This document shows positions 45,701-60,700 of a stretch of DNA of 64,000 bases, piece after piece. The stretch is from Eledone cirrhosa (lineage: Eukaryota), in assembly GCA_964016885.1 (NCBI GenBank), contig OZ024745.1, forward strand, positions 84,630,001 to 84,694,000, read 5' to 3'. A program made the translations under genes and the position numbers. Each line of letters begins with the position of its first letter. Within the stretch, counting starts at the first letter, position 1. Below the pieces are notes generated by a model. The model saw only the letters and a program-made list of their open reading frames with translations. It was not told the DNA's origin and did not search any database.

Positions 45701-48700
45701 CAGTGTCACGTGATTGATTCTTTTGAATTTGCCACTGACGTAGTAGGCAGTGAATTTTTTCAATGTCCTGCAATTTAGTCCCCGCTCGCTTTTTTCCATC
45801 CACTGAATTATTTTTATATAAGTTCCCTGTGTCCACTCATTGCCTGGGTGCTTAGCTGAGAATAGACTCCCTGATGACGTAAGGATTCTCTATGGGTACG
45901 TTACGTAACCATATTTATTCCCTTACAGAAACTAATTAGTTGGAGTGAAATTTTAGTAAGTAAGTTAATTTTCATAATTTTCTTATTTTACGTCTTTCAT
46001 ATAATTGTTCTGCCTCCCCTTGCATAGAACCACATAGTTACTAACATAAAACATATACATTTGCTAGCATAGGTATGCATCTGTATACATATGTTGGTAG
46101 ATATACTAATTCTTTATATTTATCTCCAAATTGTTTGTTGAGAAAAACTTGCCGAAATTACTACTATGGTTCATGGTAGTAGATAGGCTCTTGTCTTATT
46201 ATCACTCCACTCTCCACTGTTTAACCTCAGTTTCACGTGATTGATTCTTTTGAATTTGCCACTGACCAGGTACACAGTGAATTTTTTCAATGTCCTAGAA
46301 TTTAGTCCCCGCTCGATTTTTTCCTTCCACTGAATTATTTTTATATAAGTTCCCTATTTCCACGCATTGCCTGGGTGCTTAGCTGAGAATAGACTCCCTG
46401 ATGACGTAAGGATTCTCTATGGGTACGTTACGTAATCATATTTATTCCCTTACAGAAACTAATTAGTTGGAGTGAAATTTTAGTAAGTTAATTTTCATAA
46501 TTTTCTTGTTTTACGTCTTTCATATAATTGTTCTGCATCCCCTTGCATAGAACCACAAAGTCACTAAGACAAAACATATATATATGCTAGCATAGGTGTG
46601 CATCTGTATACATATGTTGGTAGATATACTAATTCTTTATATTTATCTCCAAATTATTTGTTGAGCAAAACATGCCGAAATTACTACTATGGTTCATGGT
46701 AGTAGTTAGGCTCTTGTCTTATTAGCACTCCACTCCCCACTGATTAACTTCAGTGTAACGTGATTGATACTTTTTAATTTGCCACTGACCAAGTAGTCAG
46801 TGAATTTTTTCAATGTCATGGAATTTAGTCCCCGCTCGCATTTTTCCATCCACTGAATTATTTTTATATAAGTTCCCTATTTCCACGCATTGCCTGGGTG
46901 CTTAGCTGAGAATAGACTCCCTGATGCCGTAAGGATTCTCTATGGGTACGTTACGTAATCATATTTATTCCCTTACAGAAGCTAATTAGTTTGAGTGAAA
47001 TTTTAGTAAGTTAATTTTCATAATTTTCTTGTTTTACGTCTTTCATGTAATTGTTCTGCATCCCCTTGCATAGAACCACAAAGTTACTGAGACAAAACAT
47101 ATATTTGCTAGCATAGGTATGCATCTGTATAGAAATGTTGGTAGATATACTAATTCTTTATATTTATCTCCAAATTATTTGTTGAACAAAACTTGCCGAA
47201 ATTACTAATATGGTTCATGGTAGTAGTTAGGCTCTTGTCTTATTAGCACTCCACTCCTCAGTGATTAACCCCAGTGTCACGTGAATGATTCTTTTACATT
47301 TGCCACTGACCAAGTAGGCAGTGAAATTTTTCAATGTCCTGGAATTTAGTCCCCGCTCGCTTTTTTCCACCCACTGAATTATTTTTATATAAGTTCCCTG
47401 TGTCCACGCATTGCCTGGGTGCTTAGCTGAGAATAGACTCCCTGATGACGTAAGGATTCTCTATGGGTACGTTACGTAACCATATTTATTCCCTTACAGA
47501 AATTAATTAGTTGGAGTGAAATATTAGTAAGTTAATTTTAATAATTTTCTTATTTTACGTCTTTTATATAATTGTTCTGCATCTCCTTGCATAGAACCAC
47601 AAAGTTAGTAAGACAAAACACATATATTTGCTAGCATAGGTATGCATGTGTATACATATGTTGGTAAATATACTAATTCTTTCTATTTATCTCCAAATTA
47701 TTTGTTGAGCAAAACTTTCCGAAATTACTACTATGGTTGATGGTAGTAGTTTAGGCTCTTGTCTTATTAGCACTCCACTCCTCACTGATTAACCTCAGTG
47801 TCACGTGATTGATTCTTTTGAATTTGCCACTGACCAAGTAGGCAGTGAATTTATTCAATGTCCTGGAATTTAGTGCCACTCGCATTTTTCCATCCACTGA
47901 ATTATTTTTATATAAGTTCCCTGTGTCCACGCATTGCCTGGGTGCTTAGCTGAGAATAGACTCCCTGGTGACGTAAGGATTCTCTATGGGTACGTTACGT
48001 AACCATATTTATTCCCTTACAGAAACTAATTAGTTGGAGTGAAATTGTAGTAAGTTAATTTTTATAATTTTCTTATTTTACATCTTTCATATAATTGTTC
48101 TGCATCCCGTTGCATAGAACCACAAAGTTACTGAGACAAAACATATATATTTGCTAGCATAGGTATGCATCTGTATTCATATGTTGGTAGATATACTAAT
48201 TCTTTATATTTATCCCCAAATTATTTGTTGAGCAAAACATGCCGAAATTACTACTATGGTTCATGGTAGTAGATAGGCTCTTGTCTTATTAGCAATCCAC
48301 TCCTCAGTGATTAACCTCAGTGTCACGTGATTGATTCTTTTGAATTTGCCACTGACCAAGTAGGCAGTGAATTTTTTCAATGTCCTGCAATTTAGTCGCC
48401 GCTCGATTTTTTCCATCCACTAAATTATTTTTATATAAGTTCCGTCTGTCCACGCATTGCCTGGGTGCTTAGCTGAGAATGGGCTCCCTGATGGCGTAAG
48501 GATTCTTTATGGGTACTTTACGTAACCATATTTATTCTCTTACAGAAACTAATTAGTTGGAGTGAAATTTTAATATGTAAGTTAATTTTCATAATTTTCT
48601 TATTTTACATCTTTCATATAATTGTTCTGCATCCCCTTGCATAGAACCACAAAGTTACTGAGATAAAACATATATATTTGCTAGCATAGGTATGCATCTG

Positions 48701-51700
48701 TATACATATGTATACATATGTTGGTAGATATACTAATTCTTTATATTTTTAACTCCAAATTATTTGTTGAGAAAAACTTGCCGAAATTACTACTATGGTT
48801 CATGGTTCTTATTTAGCACTCCACTCCCCACTGATTAGCACTCCACTCCTCAGTGATTAACCTCAGTGTCACGTGATTGATTCTTTTGAATTTGCCACTG
48901 ACGTAGTAGGCAGTGAATTTTTTCAATGTCCTGCAATTTAGTCCCCGCTCGCTTTTTTCCATCCACTGAATTATTTTTATATAAGTTCCCTGTGTCCACT
49001 CATTGCCTGGGTGCTTAGCTGAGAATAGACTCCCTGATGACGTAAGGATTCTCTATGGGTACGTTACGTAACCATATTTATTCCCTTACAGAAACTAATT
49101 AGTTGGAGTGAAATTTTAGTAAGTAAGTTAATTTTCATAATTTTCTTATTTTACGTCTTTCATATAATTGTTCTGCCTCCCCTTGCATAGAACCACATAG
49201 TTACTAACATAAAACATATACATTTGCTAGCATAGGTATGCATCTGTATACATATGTTGGTAGATATACTAATTCTTTATATTTATCTCCAAATTGTTTG
49301 TTGAGAAAAACTTGCCGAAATTACTACTATGGTTCATGGTAGTAGATAGGCTCTTGTCTTATTATCACTCCACTCTCTACTGTTTAACCTCAGTTTCACG
49401 TGATTCATTCTTTTGAATTTGCCACTGACCAGGTACACAGTGAATTTTTTCAATGTCCTAGAATTTAGTCCCCGCTCGATTTTTTCCTTCCACTGAATTA
49501 TTTTTATATAAGTTCCCTATTTCCACGCATTGCCTGGGTGCTTAGCTGAGAATAGACTCCCTGATGACGTAAGGATTCTCTATGGGTACGTTACGTAATC
49601 ATATTTATTCCCTTACAGAAATTAATTAGTTGGAGTGAAATTTTAGTAAGTTAATTTTCATAATTTTCTTGTTTTACGTCTTTCATATAATTGTTCTGCA
49701 TCCCCTTGCATAGAACCACAAAGTCACTAAGACAAAACATATATATATGCTAGCATAGGTGTGCATCTGTATACATATGTTGGTAGATATACTAATTCTT
49801 TATATTTATCTCCAAATTATTTGTTGAGCAAAACATGCCGAAATTACTACTATGGTTCATGGTAGTAGTTAGGCTCTTGTCTTATTAGCACTCCACTCCC
49901 CACTGATTAACTTCAGTGTAACGTGATTGATACTTTTTAATTTGCCACTGACCAAGTAGTCAGTGAATTTTTTCAATGTCATGGAATTTAGTCCCCGCTC
50001 GCATTTTTCCATCCACTGAATTATTTTTATATAAGTTCCCTATTTCCACGCATTGCCTGGGTGCTTAGCTGAGAATAGACTCCCTGATGCCGTAAGGATT
50101 CTCTATGGGTACGTTACGTAATCATATTTATTCTCTTACAGAAGCTAATTAGTTTGAGTGAAATTTTAGTAAGTTAATTTTCATAATTTTCTTGTTTTAC
50201 GTCTTTCATGTAATTGTTCTGCATCCCCTTGCATAGAACCACAAAGTTACTGAGACAAAACATATATTTGCTAGCATAGGTATGCATCTGTATAGAAATG
50301 TTGGTAGATATACTAATTCTTTATATTTATCTCCAAATTATTTGTTGAACAAAACTTGCCGAAATTACTAATATGGTTCATGGTAGTAGTTAGGCTCTTG
50401 TCTTATTAGCACTCCACTCCTCAGTGATTAACCTCAGTGTCACGTGAATGATTCTTTTACATTTGCCACTGACCAAGTAGGCAGTGAAATTTTTCAATGT
50501 CCTGGAATTTAGTCCCCGCTCGCTTTTTTCCACCCACTGAATTATTTTTATATAAGTTCCCTGTGTCCACGCATTGCCTGGGTGCTTAGCTGAGAATAGA
50601 CTCCCTGATGACGTAAGGATTCTCTATGGGTACGTTACGTAACCATATTTATTCCCTTACAGAAATTAATTAGTTGGAGTGAAATATTAGTAAGTTAATT
50701 TTAATAATTTTCTTATTTTACGTCTTTTATATAATTGTTCTGCATCTCCTTGCATAGAACCACAAAGTTACTAAGACAAAACACATATATTTGCTAGCAT
50801 AGGTATGCATGTGTATACATATGTTGGTAAATATACTAATTCTTTCTATTTATCTCCAAATTATTTGTTGAGCAAAACTTTCCGAAATTACTACTATGGT
50901 TGATGGTAGTAGTTTAGGCTCTTGTCTTATTAGCACTCCACTCCTCACTGATTAACCTCAGTGTCACGTGATTGATTCTTTTGAATTTGCCACTGACCAA
51001 GTAGGCAGTGAATTTATTCAATGTCCTGGAATTTAGTGCCACTCGCATTTTTCCATCCACTGAATTATTTTTATATAAGTTCCCTGTGTCCACGCATTGC
51101 CTGGGTGCTTAGCTGAGAATAGACTCCCTGGTGACGTAAGGATTCTCTATGGGTACGTTACGTAACCATATTTATTCCCTTACAGAAACTAATTAGTTGG
51201 AGTGAAATTGTAGTAAGTTAATTTTTATAATTTTCTTATTTTACGTCTTTCATATAATTGTTCTGCATCCCGTTGCATAGAACCACAAAGTTACTGAGAC
51301 AAAACATATATATTTGCTAGCATAGGTATGCATCTGTATTCATATGTTGGTAGATATACTAATTCTTTATATTTATCTCCAAATTATTTGTTGAGAAAAA
51401 CTTGCCGAAATTACTACTATGGTTCATGGTAGTAGTTAGGCTCTTGTCTTATTAGCACTCCACTCCTCAGTAGTTAACCTCAGTGTCACGTGATTGATTC
51501 TTTTGAATTTGCCACTGACCAAGTAGGCAGTGAATTTTTTCAATGACCTAAAATTTAGTCCCCGCTCGCTCTTTTCCATCCACTGAATTATTTTTATATA
51601 AGTTCCCTGTGTCCACGCATTGCCTGGGTGCTTAGCTGAGAATAGACTCCCCGATGACGTAAGGATTCTCTATGGGTACGTTACGTAACCATATTAATTC

Positions 51701-54700
51701 CCTTACAGAAACTAATTATTTGCAGTTAAATATTAGAAAGTAAGTTAATTTTCATAATTTTCTTATTTTACGTGTTTGATATAATTGTTCTGCATCCCCT
51801 TGCATAGAACCACAAAGTTACTAAGACGGAACATATATATTTGGTAGCATAGGTATGCATCTGTATACTTATGTTGGTAGATATACTAATTCTTTCTATC
51901 TATCTCCAAATTATTTGTTGAGCAAAACATGCCGAAATTACTACTATGGTTCATGGTAGTAGATAAGCTCTTGTCTTATTAGCACTCCACTCCTCACTGA
52001 TTAACCTCAGTGTCACGCGATTGATTCTTTTGAATTTACCACTTACCAAGTAGGCAGTGAATTTTTTCAATGTCCTGGAATTTTGTCCCGCTCGCATTTT
52101 TCCATCCACTGAATTATTTTTATATAAGTTCCCTGTGTCCACCTATTGCCTGGGTGCTTAGCTGAGAATAGACTCCCTGATGACGTAAGCATTCTCTATG
52201 GGTACGTTACGTAAACATCTTTAATCCCTTACAGAAACTAATTAGTTGGAGTGAAATTTTAGTAAGTATGTTAATTTTTATAATTTTCTCATTTTACGTC
52301 TGTCATATAATTGTTCTGCATCCCCTTGCATAGAACCACAAAGTTACTAAGACAAAACATATATTTGCTAGCATAGGTATGCATCTGTATAGAAATGTTG
52401 GTAGATATACTAATTCTTTATATTTATCTCCAAATTATTTGTTGAACAAAACTTGCCGAAATTACTAATATGGTTGATGGTAGTAGTTAGGCTCTTGTCT
52501 TATTAGCACTCCACTTCTCAGTGATTAACCTCAGTGTCACGTGAATGATTCTTTTACATTTGCCACTGACCAAGTAGGCAGTGAAATTTTTCAATGTCCT
52601 GGAATTTAGTCCGCGCTCGCTTTTTTCCACCCACTGAATTATTTTTATATAAGTTCCCTGTGTCCACGCATTGCCTGGGTGCTTAGCTGAGAATAGACTC
52701 CCTGGTGACGTAAGGATTCTCTATGGGTACGTTACGTAACCATCTTTATTGCCTTACAGAAACTAATTAGCTGGAGTGAAATTGTAGTAAGATAATTTTT
52801 ATAATTTTCTTATTTTACGTCTTTCATATAATTGTTCTGCATCCCGTTGCATAGAACCACAAAGTTACTGAGACAAAACATATATATTTGCTAGCATAGG
52901 TATGCATCTGTATTCATATGTTGGTAGATATACTAATTCTTTATATTTATCTCCAAATTATTTGTTGAGAAAAACTTGCCGAAATTACTACTATGGTTCA
53001 TGGTAGTAGTTAGGCTCTTGTCTTATTAGCACTCCACTCCTCAGTAGTTAACCTCAGTGTCACGTGATTGATTCTTTTGAATTTGCCACTGACCAAGTAG
53101 GCAGTAAATTTTTTCACTGTCCTAAAATTTAGTCCCCGCTCGCTCTTTTCCATCCACTGAATTATTTTTATATAAGTTCCCTGTGTCCACGCATTGCCTG
53201 GGTGCTTAGCTGAGAATAGACTCCCCGATGACGTAAGGATTCTCTATGGGTACGTTACGTAACCATATTAATTCCCTTACAGAAACTAATTATTTGGAGT
53301 TAAATATTAGAAAGTAAGTTAATTTTCATAATTTTCTTATTTTACGTGTTTGATATAATTGTTCTGCATCCCCTTGCATAGAACCACAAAGTTACTGAGA
53401 CAAAACATAAATATTTGCTAGCATAGGTATGCATCTGTATACATATGTTGGTAGATATACTAATTCTTTATATTTATCTCCAAATTATTTGTTGAGAAAA
53501 ACTTGCCGAAATTACTACAATGGTTCATGGTAGTAGTTAGGCTCTTGTCTTATTAGCACTCCACTCCTCACTGATTAACCTCAGTGTCACGTGATTGATT
53601 CTTTTTTGAATTTACCACTGACCAAGTAGGCAGTGAATTTTTTCAATGTCCTAAAATTTAGTCCCCGCTCGCTCTTTTCCATCCACTGAATTATTTTTAT
53701 ATAAGTTCCCTGTGTCCACGCATTGCCTGGGTGCTTAGCTGAGAATAGACTCCCTGATGACGTAAGGATTCTCTATGGGCACTTTACGTAACCATATTTA
53801 TTGTCTTACAGAAACTAATTATTTGGAGTGAAATATTATTAAGTAAGTAAATTTTCATAATTTTCTTATTTTACGTCTTTCATATAATTGTTCTGCATCC
53901 CCTTGCATAGAACCACAAAGTTACTGAGACAAAACATATATTTACTAGCATAGGTATGCATCTGTGCACATATGTTGGTAGATATAGTAATTTTTTATAT
54001 TTATCTCCAAATTATTTGTTGAGATAAATTTGCCGAAATTACTACAATGGTTCATGGTAGTAGTTAGGCTCTTGTGTTATTAGCACTCCACTCCCCACTG
54101 TTTAACCTCAGTTTCACGTGATTGATTCTTTTGAATTTGCCACTGACCAGGTACGCAGTAAATTTTTCAATGTCCTAGAATTTAATCCCCGCTCGCTTTT
54201 TTCCATCAACTGAATTATTTTTATATAAGTTCCCTGTGTCCACGAATTGCCTGGGTGTTTAGCTGAGAATAGACTCCCTGATGACGTAAGGATCCTCTAT
54301 GGGTACGTTACGTAACCATATTTATTCCCTTACAGAAACTTATTAGTTGGAGTGAAATATTAGTAAGTTAATTTTAATAATTTTCTTATTTTACGTCTTT
54401 TATATAATTGTTCTGCATCCCCTTGCATAGAACCACAAAGTTACTAAGACAAAACATATATATTTGCTAGCATAGGTATGCATCTGTATACATATGTTGG
54501 TAAATATACTAATTCTTTCTATTTATCTCCAAATTATTTGTTGAGCAAAACTTTCCGAAATTACTACTATGGTTGATGGTAGTAGTTAGGCTCTTGTCTT
54601 ATTAGCACTCCACTCCTCACTGATTAACCTCTGTGTCACGTGATTGATTCTTTTGAATTTGCCACTGACCAAGTAGGCAGTGAATTTTTTCACTGTCCTA

Positions 54701-57700
54701 GAATTTAGTCCCCGCTCGCTCTTTTCCATCCACTGAATTATTTTTATATAAGTTCCCCGTGTCCACGCATTGCCTGGGTGCTAAACTGAGAATAGACTCC
54801 CTGATGACGTAAGATTCTCTATGGGTATGTTACGTAACCATATTTTTTCCCTTACAAAAACTAATTAGTTGGAGTGAAATGTTAGTAAGCAAGTTAATTT
54901 TCATAATTTTCTTATTTTACGTCTATCATATAATTGTTCTGCATCCCCTTGCATAGAACCACAAAGTTACTAAGACAAAACATATATATTTGCTAGCATA
55001 GGTATGCATCTGTATACATATGTTGGTAAATATACTAATTCTTTCTATTTATCTCCAAATTATTTGTTGAGAAAAACTAGCCGAAATTACTACTATGGTT
55101 CATGGTAGTAGTTAGGCTCTTGTCTTATTAGTACTCCACTCCCCACTGATTAACCTCAGTGTCACGTGATTGATTCTTTTGAATTTGCCACTGACCAAGT
55201 AGGCAGTGAATTTTTTCACTGTCCTAGAATTTAGTCCCCGCTCGCTTTTTTCCATCCACTGAATTATTTTTATATAGGTTCCCTGTGTCCACGCATTGCC
55301 TGGGTGCTTAGCTGAGAATAGACTCCCTGATGACGTAAGGATTCTCTATGGGTACGTTACGTAACCATATTTATTCCCTTACAGAAACTAATTATTTGGA
55401 GTGAAATATTAGTAAGTAAGTTAATTTTCATGATTTCTTATTTTACGTCTTTCATATAATTGTTCTGCATCCCATTGCATAGAACCACAAAGTTACTAAG
55501 ACAAAAGATATATATTTGCTAGCATAGGTATGCATTTGTATACATATGTTGGTAGATATACTAATTCTTTATATTTATCTCCAAATTATTTGTTGAGAAA
55601 AACTTGCCAAAAGTACTACAATGGTTCATGGTAGTAGTTAGGCTCTTGTCTTATTAGCACTCCACTCCTCACTGATTAACCTCAGTGTCACGTGATTGAA
55701 TCTTTTGAATTTGCCACTGACCAAGTAGGGAGTGAATATTTTCACTGTCCTAGAATTTAGTCCCCGCTCGCTTTTTTCCATCCACTGAATTATTTTTATA
55801 TAAGTTCCCTGTGTCCACGCATTGCCTGGGTGCTTAGCTGAGAATAGACTCCCTGATGACGTAAGGATTCTCTATGGGTACGTTACGTAACCATATTTAT
55901 TCTCTTACAGAAACTAATTAGTTGGAGTGAAATATTAGTAAGTTAACTTTAATAATTTTCTTATTTTACGTCTTTCATATAATTGTTCTGCATCCCCTTG
56001 CATAGAACCACAAAGTTACTAAGACAAAACATATATATTTGCTAGCATAGGTATGCATCTGTATACATATGTTGGTAGATATACTAATTCTTTATATTTA
56101 TCTCCAAATTATTTGTTGAGCAAACATGCCGAAATTACTACTATGGTTGATCGTAGTAGTTAGGCTCTTGTATTATTAGCACTCCACTCCCCACTGATTA
56201 ACCTCAGTGTCACGTGATTGACTCTTTTGAATTTGCCACTGACCAAGTAGGCAGTGAATTTTTTCACTGTCCTAGATTTTTGTCCCCGCTCGCTTTTTTC
56301 CATCCACTGAATTATTTTTATATAAGTTCCCTGTGTCCACGCATTGCCTGGGAGCTTAGCTGAGAATAGACTCCCTGATGAAGTAAGGATTCTCTATGGG
56401 TATGTTACGTAACCATATTTATTCCCTTACAAAAACTAATTAGTTGGATTGAAATGTTAGTAAGTAAGTTAATTTTCATAATTTTCTTATTTTACGACTT
56501 TCATATAATTGTTCTGCATCCCCTTGCATAGAACCACAGAGTTACTAAGATAAAACATATATATTTGCTAGCATAGGTATGCATCTGTATACATATGTTG
56601 GTAGATATACTAATTCTTTATATTTACATCCAAATTATTTGTTGAGAAAAACTTGCCGAAATTACTATTATGGTTGATGGTAGTAGTTAGGCTCTTGTCT
56701 TTTTAGCACTCCACTCCCCACTGATTAACCTCAGTGTCACGTGATTGAATCTTTTGAATTTGCCACTGACCAAGTAGGGAGTGAATTTTTTCACTCTCCT
56801 AGAATTTAGTCCCCGCTCGCTTTTTTCCATCCACTGAATTATTTTTAGATAAGTTCCCTGTGTCCACGCATTGCCTGGGTGCTTAGCTGAGAATAGGCTC
56901 CCTGATGCCGTAAGGATTCTCTATGGGTACGTTACGTAACCATATTTATTCCCTTACAGAAACTAACTAGTTGGAGTGGAATTTTATTAAGTAAGTTAAT
57001 TTTCATAACTTTCTTATTTTACGTGTTTCATATAATTGTTCTGCATCCCGTTGCATAGAACCACAAAGTTACTAAGACAAAACATATATATTTGCTAGCA
57101 TATGTATGCATCCGTATACATATGTTGGCAAATATACTAATTCTTTATATTTATCTCCAAATTATTTGTTGAGAAAAACTTGCCGAAATTACTACTATGG
57201 TTCAAGGTGGTAGTTAGGGTCTTGTCTTATTAGCACTCCACTCCTCACTGATTAACCTCAGTGTCACGTGATTGATTCTTTTGAATTTGCCACTGACCAA
57301 GTAGGCAGTGAATTTTTTCAATGTCCTGGAATTTAGTCCCCGCTCGCTTTTTTCCATCCACTGAATTATTTTTATATAAGTTCCCTGTGTCCACGCATTG
57401 CCTGGGTGCTTAGCTGAGAATAGACTCCCTGATGACGTAAGGATTCTCTATGGGTACGTTACGTAACCATATTTATTCCCTTACAGAAACTAATTAGTTG
57501 GAGTGGAATTTTAGTAAGTAAGTTAATTATAATAATTTTCTTATTTTACGTCTTTCATATAATTGTTCTGCATCCCCTTGCATAGAACCACAAAGTTGCT
57601 AAGACAAAACATATATATTTGCTAGCATGGGTATGCATCTGTATACATATGTTGGTAGATATACTAATTCTTTATATTTATCTCCAAATTATTTGTTGAG

Positions 57701-60700
57701 AAAAACTTGCCGAAATTACTACTATGGTTCATGGTAGTAGTTAGGCTCTTGTCTTATTAGCACTCCACTCTCACTGATTAACCTCAGTGTCACGTGATTG
57801 ATTCTTTTGAATTTGCCACTGACCAAGTAGGGAGTGAATATTTTCAATGTCCTTGAATTTAGTCCCCGCTCGCTTTTTTCCATCCACTGAATTATTTTTA
57901 TATAAGTTCCCTGTGTCCACGCATTGCCTGGGTGCTTAGATGAGAATAGACTCCCTGATGACGTAAGGATTCTCTGTGGGTACGTTACGTAACCATATTT
58001 ATTCCCTTACAGAAACTAATTAGTTGGAGTGGAATTTTAGTAAGTAAGTTAATTTTCATAATTTTCTTATTTTACGTCTTTCATATAATTGTTCTGCATC
58101 CCCTTGCATAGAACCACAAAGTTACTAAGACAAAACATATATATTTGCTAGCATAGGTATGCATCTGTATACATATGTTGGTAGATATACTAATTCTTTA
58201 TATTTACCTCCAAATTATTTGTTGAGAAAAACTTGCCGAAATTACTACTATGGTTCATGGTAGTAGTTAGGCTCTTGTCTTATTAGCACTCCACTCCCCA
58301 CTGTTTAACCTCAGTTTCACGTGATTGATTCTTTTGAATTTGCCACTGACCAGGTACGCAGTGAATTTTTTCAATGTCCTAGAATTTAGTCCCCGCTCGC
58401 TTTTTTCCATCCACTGAATTATTTTTATATAAGTTCCCTGTGTCCACGCATTGCCTGAGTGCTTAGCTGAGAATAGACTCCCCGATGACGTAAGGATTCT
58501 CTATGGGTACGTTACGTAACCATATTAATTCCCTTACAGAAACTAATTATTTGGAGTGAAATATAAGTAAGTAAGTTAATTTTCATAATTTTCTTATTTT
58601 ACGTCTTTCATATAATTGTTCTGCATCCCATTGCATAGAACCGCAAAGTGACTAAGACAAAACATATATATTTGCTAGCATATGTATGCATCCGTATACA
58701 TATGTTGGCAGATATACTAATTCTTTATATTAACTCCAAATTATTTGTTGAGAAAACTTGCCGAAATTACTACTATGGTTCATGGTAGTAGTTAGGCTCT
58801 TGTCTTATTAGCACTCCACTCTCACTGATTAACCTCAGTGTCACGTGATTGATTATTTTGAATTTGCCACTGACCAAGTAGGGAGTGAATTTTTTCAATG
58901 TCCTGGAATTTAGTCCCCGCTCGCTTTTTTCCATCCACTGAATTATTTTTATATAAGTTCCCTGTGTCCACGCATTGCCTGGGTGCTTAGATGAGAATAG
59001 ACTCCCTGATGACGTAAGGATTCTCTATGGGTAAGTTACGTTACCATATTTATTCCCTTACAGAAACTGATTAGTTGGAGTGGAATTTTAGTATGTAAGT
59101 TAATTTTCATAATTTTCTTATTTTACGTCTTTCATATAATTGTTCTGCATCCCCTTACATAGAACCACAAAGTTACTAAGACAAAACATATATATTTGCT
59201 AGCATAGGTATGCATCTGTATACATATGTTGGTAGATATACTAATTTTTATATTAACTCCAAATTATTTGTTGAGAAAAACTTGCCGAAATTACTACTAT
59301 GGTTCATGGTAGTAGTTAGGTTCTTGTCTTATTAGCACTCCACTCCCCACTGTTTAACCTCAGTTTCACGTGATTGATTCTTTTGAATTTGCCATTGACC
59401 AGGTACGCAGTGAATTTTTTCAATGTCCTAGAATTTAGTCCCCGCTCGCTTTTTTCCATCCACTGAATTATTTTTATATAAGTGCCCTGTGTCCACGCAT
59501 TGCCTGAGTGCTTAGCTGAGAATAGACTCCCCGATGACATAAGGATTCTCTATGGGTACGTTACGTAACCATATTTATTCCCTTACAGACACAAATTAGT
59601 TGGAGTGAAATATTAGTAAGTAAGTTAATTTTAATATTTTCTTATTTTACGGCTTTCATATAATTGTTCTGCATCCCATTGCATAGAACCACAAAGTTAC
59701 TAAGACAAAACATATATATTTGCTAGCATATGTATGCATCCGTATCATTATGTTGGCAGATATACTAATTCTTTATATTTATCTCCAAATTATTTGTTGA
59801 GAAAAACTTGCCGAAATTACTACTATGGTTCAAGGTAGTAGTTAGGCTCTTGTCTTATTAGCACTCCACTCTCACTGATTAACCTCAGTGTCACGTGATT
59901 GATTCTTTTGAATTTGCCACTGACCAAGTAGGGAGTGAATTTTTTCAATATCCTGGAATTTAGTCCCCGCTCGCATTTTTCCATCCACTGAATTATTTTT
60001 ATATAAGTTCCCTGTGTCCATGCATTGCCTGGGTGCTTAGATGAGAATAGACTCCCTGATGACGTAAGGATTCTCTATAGGTACGTTACGTAACCATATT
60101 TATTCCCTTACAGAAACTAATTATTTGGAGTGAAATATAAGTAAGTTAATTATAATAATTTTCTTATTTTACGTCTTTCATATAATTGTTCTGCATCCCC
60201 TTGCATAGAACCACAAAGTTGCTAAGACAAAACATATATATTTGCTAGCATGGGTATGCATCTGTATACATATGTTGGTAGATATACTAATTCTTTATAT
60301 TTATCTCCAAATTATTTGTTGAGCAAAACTTGCCGAAATTACTACTATGGTTCATGGTGGTAGTTAGGGTCTTGTCTTATTAGCACTTCACTCCTCACTG
60401 ATTAACCTCAGTGTCACGTGATTGATTCTTTTGATTTTGCCACTGACCAAGTAGGCAGTGAATTTTTTCAATGTCCTGGAATTTAGTCCCCGCTCGCTTT
60501 TTTCCATCCACTGAATTATTTTTATATAAGTTCCCTGTGTCCACGCATTGCCTGAGTGCTTAGCTGAGAATAGACTACCCGATGACGTAAGGATTCTCTA
60601 TGGGTACGTTACGTAACCATATTAATGCCCTTACAGAAACTAATTAATTGGAGTGAAATATAAGTAAGTAAGTTAATTTTCATAATTTTCTTATTTTACG

